NCBI GenBank assembly: GCA_016839945.1
Contig: JAEOTE010000095.1
Location: 1 to 29,674, forward strand
From: Candidatus Heimdallarchaeota archaeon
GTDB lineage: Archaea; Asgardarchaeota; Heimdallarchaeia; Heimdallarchaeales; Heimdallarchaeaceae
Reading direction: 5' to 3'
DNA length: 29,674 nt
Shown here: positions 1-6,791 of the stretch, piece by piece
Position numbering within the stretch: position 1 is the first letter of the stretch
Layout: every line of letters begins with the position of its first letter
Program-made: the position numbers and the translations under genes
The notes under the pieces: generated by a model
Database searches by the model: none
Told to the model about the DNA's origin: nothing
What the model saw: the letters and a program-made list of their open reading frames with translations, nothing else

Positions 1-2
1 AA

Positions 3-404
3 TTTCACATTGCAAAACCTAGTGAGGTTCTTAAGGAAAAAGAAACTATACCTGCAGTTAGAATAGATCCTAAAGAAAAAGAGATTCCAGTACCTTATGA
101 AAGAGTAAAGAAGAAAGTTGAAGCTAAAGAGGAAGAAGTTCAACCAAAGAAGAAATCAGATTTACCTTTTGAGATAGAAATTATTGAATCAGAGGAAGAC
201 GAACCATTTAAAATTACTGATATTCTTGGTGTTGGAGATAAAACAGCAATGCTTCTGAAAGATGGAGGATTTGATACTATTGAGTCAGTTATTAATTCAA
301 CTCCTGAAGAATTAAGTAAAATTAGAGGTATTGGAATCACAACAGCAAAAAAAATTCTTTATGGAGCAAGAGCTCTTAAACAACAAATAGACAAAAACCA
401 ATAG
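3..404 (+). CDS. 5'-truncated protein with a charged low-complexity linker and a C-terminal tandem helix-hairpin-helix (HhH_5-like) domain
   Basis: Not in the ORF track because it has no start codon in the window. Frame 3 is open from base 3 to TAG at 402-404 and reads ...PFKITDILGVGDKTAMLLKDGGFDTIESVINSTPEELSKIRGIGITTAKKILYGARAL..., giving two HhH motifs (GVGDKTA, GIGITTA). Confidence 0.85.
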   Translation, partial: FHIAKPSEVLKEKETIPAVRIDPKEKEIPVPYERVKKKVEAKEEEVQPKKKSDLPFEIEIIESEEDEPFKITDILGVGDKTAMLLKDGGFDTIESVINSTPEELSKIRGIGITTAKKILYGARALKQQIDKNQ

Positions 405-497
405 GAAACTAAAGCAAATCTTGGTTCCTGTATGCTTTTCTTAAACCTGCTATTCGAAAATAATCATCCTTAAAAATACTCCTTGATTGTAAGTATA

Positions 498-1025
498 ATG
501 GATGCCCAACATATACTTCAAGTTGTAGGTTTATCACAATCAGGCAAAACCTCTTTTGTTTCAGAGTTAATTAAGAGGTTATCTAACAGAAAAGAATCAG
601 TAACCTCAATTAAATCAGCTAAATCTCACGATTACATGTTCTCTGACAAAGATTCTGATTTATTTTTGAAATCAGGATCAAATCTCTCAGTTGTATCTTT
701 TCGTAACACAACACAATTTACATTAAGAGAGGAAATGGATTTGTCAAAAATAATAGAAATTTCCTCAACTATCAATAAACCAAGTGTGATAATCATTGAA
801 GGATATAAGAAGCTAAATTATACCAAAGTTCTTGTTTGGACCTCTGAAACTCTTTCTAACATATCAGAATTTAATCTTGAAGGAATAAAGTATGTGTATT
901 GTCCACAAGAAAAGTTTATAGAAAACGAAGAGAATATAAAGAAATTAATGAAAGAAATCAACTTTCATTTAGAGACCAACATAGAAGATCTAATCTCCAA
1001 GATTATAGAAGATATGTTTTATTGA
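498..1025 (+). CDS. mobB: Molybdopterin-guanine dinucleotide biosynthesis protein B (MobB)
   Basis: N-terminal ILQVVGLSQSGKTS P-loop, then IKS..H, KDSDLFLKSGS, and VIIIEGYK (the MobB 'DlvlvEGfK' motif). The ATG at 498 is preferred over the TTG at 483 because a TATA-like CTTAAAAA lies about 25 nt upstream. Confidence 0.85.
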   Translation: MDAQHILQVVGLSQSGKTSFVSELIKRLSNRKESVTSIKSAKSHDYMFSDKDSDLFLKSGSNLSVVSFRNTTQFTLREEMDLSKIIEISSTINKPSVIIIEGYKKLNYTKVLVWTSETLSNISEFNLEGIKYVYCPQEKFIENEENIKKLMKEINFHLETNIEDLISKIIEDMFY

Positions 1026-1034
1026 GGAAACTAG

Positions 1035-2120
1035 ATGCATAACTCTCTCAAAATGCTGCTTGAAAAAGCAGAAAAAAATCTTGAAAGGAAAAAAAAGGAA
1101 ACAACTCACATTACAGGAGTTATCCTTGGGTGCGAAACCCAAGAAGAAGATGAAACAATTCTAATTCATCATATTCGAAATCTAAAGAGATATGTTAATG
1201 AAATACTTGTCTCAATACCAGAAGGAAAAGAAACTATAGATGAAAAACTCAAAATTGAGCTAAGAGATTTTTCCATTAAACTAATTGAAAGATCCTTAGA
1301 TTCTAATCCATACTCATTAAAAGTTTTTAATCAAATAATAAAACACAGTGTGAATGATAAATTACTTATTCTTTCGAATCAATATAAGATGTCTAAAGCT
1401 CAGATAAAGCAAATTGTTAGTCAAGATGTTCCTTTAGTATCCTTTTTAGGTCAAAATGGCAATTCTCTCCCGTTCATTGCATCTTACGATAAATGGGTAA
1501 ATAGATTCTTTCTCCAAATTTTACTTATCAATGAAAAAAACAGTCTATACGATCTATTTAGAATAGTATCAGATAAGCTATTTTACAGAATCCCAGCAGA
1601 AGAATCAATAACTTATTACAAAAATGATACTAACAACTCAAAGCAGCATTCAAAGAAAGAACTATATCTAACTCTAAGAGTGCAACATGATTTCAATATC
1701 CAAGATTTAGTAAAAGTGATTGCTTTAATGCAAGTTGTAAAAAAAGAGTTCTCAGAAGATGAAAAAACCCATTCAACTTTTAAAATTCAACAATTATTAA
1801 CATTAAGCAAGAAATTTGCCAACCAAGGAAATTGTTTCTTGTCATATCAAATACCCTATTTCTTTAAATGTGTCAGAAGTGAAAAAATAGAATTTCCCGT
1901 GGATTGGTCACAAGAAAGAATCGAAAAAATGGGGTATGATTTACTTCTAGAAGAATCAGAACTTTATAAGAAAAAAGGTTTGAACCGATTGTTTTACCAA
2001 GTTTTATTGGATAAAATAGAATATGTAAAAATTGAAGATTCTGTACTTAGTAAACTAAAGAAAGACAAAGTAACCATTGAGGAATTGCTCAGAAAAGATA
2101 ATATCCCTTTTCTCGAGTAG
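1035..2120 (+). CDS. Divergent MobA/NTP-transferase-like N-terminal domain plus uncharacterised helical C-terminal domain
   Basis: HITGVILG, ILIHHIRNLKRYVNEILVS, DKLLILS and LPFIASY follow the MobA motif order. The gene lies 9 nt downstream of mobB. The canonical LAGGxSxRMG and ACDMP motifs are missing. Confidence 0.5.
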   Translation: MHNSLKMLLEKAEKNLERKKKETTHITGVILGCETQEEDETILIHHIRNLKRYVNEILVSIPEGKETIDEKLKIELRDFSIKLIERSLDSNPYSLKVFNQIIKHSVNDKLLILSNQYKMSKAQIKQIVSQDVPLVSFLGQNGNSLPFIASYDKWVNRFFLQILLINEKNSLYDLFRIVSDKLFYRIPAEESITYYKNDTNNSKQHSKKELYLTLRVQHDFNIQDLVKVIALMQVVKKEFSEDEKTHSTFKIQQLLTLSKKFANQGNCFLSYQIPYFFKCVRSEKIEFPVDWSQERIEKMGYDLLLEESELYKKKGLNRLFYQVLLDKIEYVKIEDSVLSKLKKDKVTIEELLRKDNIPFLE

Positions 2121-2162
2121 GAAACCATTATACATTTAAATGAAGATAAAAACTGACTTTTA

Positions 2163-3584
2163 ATGAGTTTCAGAACAACTTCTAGGCTGTGGCCACTTTT
2201 ACTTCGAATTTTATTTGGATTAATTCTCCCTTTCATAATTGAACTATCTGTCTATATAATTTATACAGGTCTTAGAACAGGTGATTTTCAATATTCATCT
2301 TTATTGATTTTTGTTTTTCTAATACTACCGATATTGTTCCTTTATTTGATAGCTCCCAAGCTTATGTTCTACTTAGGGAGAGTAAAATCATCTATTTCAC
2401 AGAATTTAAACAAGAATTTTGAAAATATTTTCATTAAACCTAGAAGTTTTAGTTTCAAGGATAAGGCAGTTCCTTTAACTGATATGGAGCTAAAATTAAC
2501 AAAGAAAGAAAGAGGGATTCTTGAGAAGAAAATAAAAGCAAAACTAATTCCAGATTTAGTCGGTGAAGCAAGAAAACAATATGATCAGAATTTCATAGAC
2601 AGATGTCATACAACAAGAAATGAAAGATTACTAACATACAATGAAACACTTTATCTTTTCAGTATTGTAACATCTGGATTACTTCTAGTTAACCTTATAC
2701 TTGTTATCTATCTTTCATTTAGTAGCATAAGACTAGATTTTATAGAATTAGACCAGATTTCAAACAACGTTAATGTAATAATTTTTGCTCTTATTTTCGG
2801 TATTCTACTGATTTTTGGTGTGTTTCTATTATTATCTTCAACCAGAAATCTGTGCAAAATAATTCCAAGAGTTCTTCCAATAATATTCTATGAGCCTGAG
2901 GAAGAAAGAGAAAAAAGACTCTTACAAATATTAGCTATAGCTGATTTTCCAATAAGTAATCTATTTGTAAGAAGGACTCAAAGAGAATTATCTGGAGTAA
3001 TAGAAGAAGCTAAGAAACAACTCCTTCTCCCAAATTTGATAGAAACAATATCTTGGTATCATAGAGACGAGATGGCAAAATCCATAGCATGGAAAATATA
3101 TAGACAAATATTAGAGGAAACTCAGCTTTCAAATGAAACTAAGGAAAAAATAGAGAAACATTTCAAATTCGATCCACTTGCAGGATTAATTTCTAGTAAA
3201 ATACTTACATTAGAAGAAGAACAGGCTATTAAAGCAGACATTGATTATGTTAAAGAGAGGATAGATGATTGGAATAAAATTAGAAATGAAGAACAAACTC
3301 TCGCTTTTCTCTTGATTTATAGAACTTTGGAAACTATTTTTCGAAAAACTATTGAAGATATAACTCCAGAATTTCAACAAGAAGATGTGAATTTTCTAAA
3401 ACTAATAGATATTCTAGAAGAAAACAAACTTCTTGATAAAAATGAAGTAAGTATGCTTCACGAAGTAAGATTCAAACGTAATGTACTTTTTCACTCACCT
3501 GGAAAGTCTCTTGATATCGGTAAATCAACAATGGAGAAACTATTATCTCTAATAAACAAAATAATAGAGAGAATAAGAAGTTAG
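2163..3584 (+). CDS. Integral membrane protein (about 4 TM) with a C-terminal HEPN/DUF4145-like domain
   Basis: Four hydrophobic segments in the N-terminal half. The C-terminus has LAFLLIYRTLE...FLKLIDILEENKLL...LHEVRFKRNVLFH, matching the HEPN N-helix E and the R-x4-H motif at 3477-3494. Confidence 0.7.
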   Translation: MSFRTTSRLWPLLLRILFGLILPFIIELSVYIIYTGLRTGDFQYSSLLIFVFLILPILFLYLIAPKLMFYLGRVKSSISQNLNKNFENIFIKPRSFSFKDKAVPLTDMELKLTKKERGILEKKIKAKLIPDLVGEARKQYDQNFIDRCHTTRNERLLTYNETLYLFSIVTSGLLLVNLILVIYLSFSSIRLDFIELDQISNNVNVIIFALIFGILLIFGVFLLLSSTRNLCKIIPRVLPIIFYEPEEEREKRLLQILAIADFPISNLFVRRTQRELSGVIEEAKKQLLLPNLIETISWYHRDEMAKSIAWKIYRQILEETQLSNETKEKIEKHFKFDPLAGLISSKILTLEEEQAIKADIDYVKERIDDWNKIRNEEQTLAFLLIYRTLETIFRKTIEDITPEFQQEDVNFLKLIDILEENKLLDKNEVSMLHEVRFKRNVLFHSPGKSLDIGKSTMEKLLSLINKIIERIRS

Positions 3585-3608
3585 TAAGATCTCATATGAG
3601 AAATAACA

Positions 3609-4466
3609 TTAAAAATTAAAATATTCAAGTAAACCTTCAACAACTTCTGTTGGTACAAGTACTTCTCCTAATTTTCCTGTATCTCCATGAAAATCAGATC
3701 CTCCTGTTATTAGAAGATCGTTTTTTCTACTGTATTTCTTCATCATTTCTGTACCTTTTTTTAATCTCCTTTGGGGAATATTTGGAGTAACATGACTATA
3801 ATTGTAATATATTTCAATTCCATCCAATCCCCAAGAAAGAAGAGTATCAAAATAGATTTCGAGTTCTGAAATATTTACAATATCAATTAGAAGAGGATGT
3901 GGTAAAACAGCAACTCCATTAGCTGAATGTATGAGCTCTATGACTTCTGCTGGTTCGAAAGTTTCACGACGAACATATCCAGGTCTTCCTTCGGCAAGAT
4001 AGATTTCAAATGCTTCATTGATAGATTTAACATAATTTTTTTCAATTAATGCACGAGCGAAATGAGGTCTCCCTGGACTTGAACCTGAACCAACTTGTCT
4101 TTCAATGTCTTCTAGAGTTAACTCAAGTCCAATAGAATTTAGATTTTCTAAGATTTTCAAAATTCTTCTCTTTCTCGCATCCTGAACATAAGTAAGTTTT
4201 TCTCCCATCTTTGCTTTAGCTACATCTAAATTGTAACCTAGAATTTCTGTTTTCAATCCTTCATGTCTAGCTGAAATTTCAATCCCTGTTAGATAAAAGA
4301 AGGAATAATTGTTAGCAATTTCTTTTGCAATTTCTGTTCCCTCTAAAGTATCATGATCAGTAATGGAGAAAATGATTAATTTTTCCTTTTCTGCAAATTC
4401 CATTAGTTCAAGAGGAGAAAATATCCCATCTGAAAAATTCGAATGGCTATGCATGTCAATTTTCGT
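3609..4466 (-). CDS. PHP-domain metal-dependent phosphoesterase (TrpH/YciV family)
   Basis: Motifs D-M-H-S-H-SNFSDG, SITDHDT, GIEIS, GRPHFARAL, VAVLPHP, LDGIEIYY and TGGSDFHG. The start is extended from the ATG at 4454 to the in-frame ACG at 4466 so that it includes KID (see findings). Confidence 0.9.
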   Translation of the reverse strand, partial: TKIDMHSHSNFSDGIFSPLELMEFAEKEKLIIFSITDHDTLEGTEIAKEIANNYSFFYLTGIEISARHEGLKTEILGYNLDVAKAKMGEKLTYVQDARKRRILKILENLNSIGLELTLEDIERQVGSGSSPGRPHFARALIEKNYVKSINEAFEIYLAEGRPGYVRRETFEPAEVIELIHSANGVAVLPHPLLIDIVNISELEIYFDTLLSWGLDGIEIYYNYSHVTPNIPQRRLKKGTEMMKKYSRKNDLLITGGSDFHGDTGKLGEVLVPTEVVEGLLEYFNF

Positions 4467-4469
4467 ATT

Positions 4470-4883
4470 TTACACCTCTATTCTAAACAATTTCTTATCT
4501 ATTTCTTCTAATTCCGAATAAATCTGAAATATCAGAAATCCAAGTGCTAGTAACCAAGCTAAGCAAATAAGTATGTAGATGAAGTAAGTTACTCCTGAAG
4601 TGAAATATTGGATTGTATATACAATCCCTATTAATGCAAGTAATAATGGTAAAGTGGAATAAATCAAAGGAAACCAGTTTACTCTTCTTTCTACTTCTAA
4701 ATTCTTGTCAATCTTTTGAGCTTTAAAATGGATAAATGAGATTGGAAGTCCTACTTGACAAGATAGTTTTATTGTGTTTTCAGTTTTTTTCTTAACTCTA
4801 AGAGTAACACGTTCTCTAGCAATAGTGTCAACCATCTCTATGAATTCATGTGATTTTAGTGCCAAGAACTCAAATTTTTTCAT
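4470..4883 (-). CDS. Hypothetical membrane protein (soluble N-terminal domain plus 2 TM)
   Basis: 137-aa ORF with two C-terminal hydrophobic helices, directly upstream of and co-oriented with the PHP gene. Confidence 0.7.
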   Translation of the reverse strand: MKKFEFLALKSHEFIEMVDTIARERVTLRVKKKTENTIKLSCQVGLPISFIHFKAQKIDKNLEVERRVNWFPLIYSTLPLLLALIGIVYTIQYFTSGVTYFIYILICLAWLLALGFLIFQIYSELEEIDKKLFRIEV

Positions 4884-5050
4884 TTCTACTGCTCCATTTT
4901 TCTAATTCTTCAATCTCAATTTTAAGGATGATTTTTAGATGTTTTTGTTCTTCTTTTAATTTCCTTTCAGCATTGTTCTGTAATCAATGTAAATAGATTT
5001 AATTCCTACGATAAAAATGTTTCATATATGCAACTAAACAAAAACATTGC

Positions 5051-5083
5051 AATCTAAAAGCTTTTAAAACTGTTTTTTAGATT
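5051..5083. promoter_or_regulatory. Putative TATA box (TTTTAAAA, 5062-5069) flanked by a 9-bp inverted repeat in the divergent intergenic region
   Basis: AATCTAAAA (5051-5059) and TTTTAGATT (5075-5083) are exact reverse complements. An AGGTG SD-like motif precedes the ATG at 5108. Confidence 0.35.
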
Positions 5084-5107
5084 TCAGTCAATCAAAAGGT
5101 GCTCTAA

Positions 5108-5875
5108 ATGACAGAGAGTGAAGTCCTTAATATCAAAGGAATTGGTCCCAAAGCCGCAAAAACATTAATTGATTGTGGTTACAATACAATAGAGAAAATA
5201 GCAACTGCAAAAGCAGAAGAAATGTCACAATTACCAGGAATTGGCGAAACAACTGCTGAAAAAATAATCGCAGGTGCAAAAGAATTACTTAAGCCTAAAC
5301 CTAAACCCAAGCCAAAACCCAAAGTAAAAGTAACACCTAAAAAAGAAATTTCAAAAGATGATATACCCAAACCTCCTAGCACAAAGGAACCCCTAGCTAA
5401 GAAGCCTGCAGCTATGCCCTCAGCTCGTCCTTCAGTGAAAAAACCTGAACCAAAGGTAGTAAAAAAGCCAACAGTCAAACCTTCTAAACCTGGAATCACA
5501 ATTTCAACTCAGAGAGCAATCGAAAAAGCTCCTGCTATACCTGTGATAAAAAAGAAAAAGACTGCTAAGAAAAAAACTACCAAGAAAAAGGTTACTATTT
5601 CTAAAACTTATGGTGTAGTACAAAGCGTTGTACATGACAGAGCAGGAAAGTCTTCAAACAGATCAATAATTTTACATTTACATGAATTGGAAATGCCAAT
5701 AGAGAGTTATATTGGAAGAAAGGTTCGAATTCAATTTCCTAAATCTGAAAAACAAATAACTGGGAAAATAACTAGACTTCATGGTAAAAAATCATCAAAG
5801 AATAATACTGTAATTGTTAGGTTCCAACAAAGTGTGAGTCCCCATATTGTTACGGCTAAAGCGTTATTTCTTTAA
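5108..5875 (+). CDS. HhH domain - Lys/Pro-rich linker - ribosomal protein eL33 (L35Ae)-like domain fusion
   Basis: N-terminal IKGIGPKAA...LPGIGETTAEKI (HhH), then a KP-rich linker. The C-terminal YGVVQSV...SIILHL...YIGRKVRIQFPKSEKQITGKITRLHG...VIVRFQQSVSP matches the archaeal L35Ae pattern (GVVLSY...LIGRxV.W....GKIxRxHG...VRARFxxxLP). Confidence 0.75.
   Translation: MTESEVLNIKGIGPKAAKTLIDCGYNTIEKIATAKAEEMSQLPGIGETTAEKIIAGAKELLKPKPKPKPKPKVKVTPKKEISKDDIPKPPSTKEPLAKKPAAMPSARPSVKKPEPKVVKKPTVKPSKPGITISTQRAIEKAPAIPVIKKKKTAKKKTTKKKVTISKTYGVVQSVVHDRAGKSSNRSIILHLHELEMPIESYIGRKVRIQFPKSEKQITGKITRLHGKKSSKNNTVIVRFQQSVSPHIVTAKALFL
5291..5323 (+). repeat. Coding hexanucleotide-type repeat encoding (KP)5K
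   Basis: aagcctaaacctaaacccaagccaaaacccaaa, with synonymous variation between units. Confidence 0.8.
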
Positions 5876-5928
5876 AAAAATTTTTAACCTGCACTATATT
5901 TTTAAATCCTTTATTCTATATTATAATA

Positions 5929-6288
5929 ATGCCAAGGAAAAGAGATTATCAAAAATGGGGCAAGATAATTTCTCTAATAGGTGGAGCATTATTTGTAATT
6001 GGAGGTATTCTTCTATTCTTTGCATATTTCCTACCAGCTTTTACTTTGGATCAATTAACTTCTAATTTCATTGTCTACCTTTTTGGTATTAATGTTAATT
6101 TTCTTGTTTTAGGAATAATAGGCGTAGCATTAGGTGCTTTTGCAGTAATTACAGCAAATGCAGAATGGTCAGATCTCCTCTCAGGGATTCTTCTTATTGT
6201 AATTGGGATAGTAGGTCTTGGTTTTCCAGGACTATTAACGGTTGTTGGTGGAATTTTGTTTTTAATTGCATCAGCGAAGAAAAGGTGA
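5929..6288 (+). CDS. Small Gly-rich multi-TM membrane protein (paralog 1 of a tandem pair)
   Basis: Basic N-terminus, about 4 Gly-rich hydrophobic segments, and the motifs WGKIISLIGG and GILLIVIGIVG..GLLTVVGGILFLIA. A TATA-like TTTTTAAA lies about 25 nt upstream. Confidence 0.8.
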   Translation: MPRKRDYQKWGKIISLIGGALFVIGGILLFFAYFLPAFTLDQLTSNFIVYLFGINVNFLVLGIIGVALGAFAVITANAEWSDLLSGILLIVIGIVGLGFPGLLTVVGGILFLIASAKKR

Positions 6289-6354
6289 AATACTTCTATA
6301 TGTACTATTTTTTTTCAGAAAAATCTTAAATACTACAAACAAAATCCTTCTTCC

Positions 6355-6708
6355 ATGGCAAAGAAAAATAAAAGCTTAGCTAACTGGGGTTCCATTCTTG
6401 GAGTGATAGGTGGAATCATCGAAGTTGTAGTCGGTGTTTTGTGGATTATAGGAGGAATATTAGAGAGCGTAATAGACATCTTTAACACTGCAAATTGGGT
6501 TGGAGGTAGTCTAGGTCTTAGTTCTTTAATTGCTGCTATAATCTTAATTGTAATTGGTGCTTTATCTATCCTATTAGCATTAGGTCGATTTGGTCTCGAT
6601 TACATAGTTATAGGAATTCTATTAATTGTTCTAGGAATCGTTGGTGGAGGTATCGGTGGTTTACTCGTAATAATAGGTGGAGTTCTATTCTTAATAGCTG
6701 GACTCTAA
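6355..6708 (+). CDS. Small Gly-rich multi-TM membrane protein (paralog 2 of a tandem pair)
   Basis: WGSILGVIGG and GILLIVLGIVG..GLLVIIGGVLFLIA are clearly homologous to the preceding ORF. It has its own TATA-like CTTAAATA at about 6325-6332. Confidence 0.8.
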   Translation: MAKKNKSLANWGSILGVIGGIIEVVVGVLWIIGGILESVIDIFNTANWVGGSLGLSSLIAAIILIVIGALSILLALGRFGLDYIVIGILLIVLGIVGGGIGGLLVIIGGVLFLIAGL

Positions 6709-6718
6709 CAAAAAAATA

Positions 6719-6737
6719 TTTTCCTTTTTTTTCTTTT
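6719..6737 (+). terminator. Oligo-T archaeal-type terminator candidate
   Basis: The T-rich tract ttttccttttttttctttt starts about 10 nt after the stop codon at 6708. Confidence 0.5.
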
Positions 6738-6791
6738 AGCACATTTTGCAATACTTTTTATATTTTCGTTTTCATTTTTCACTGAAGAATA

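Noticed and set aside
140-340. 66-aa minus-strand ORF in the track
   Set aside because: It is the antisense shadow of the real frame-3 HhH gene (3-404).
4870-4983. Protein-like open stretch on the minus strand (LQNNAERKLKEEQKHLKIILKIEIEELEKWSSRNEKI) upstream of the 137-aa ORF
   Set aside because: It has no in-frame start codon after the preceding stop and is under 40 codons. It could be a gene remnant but is unsupported.
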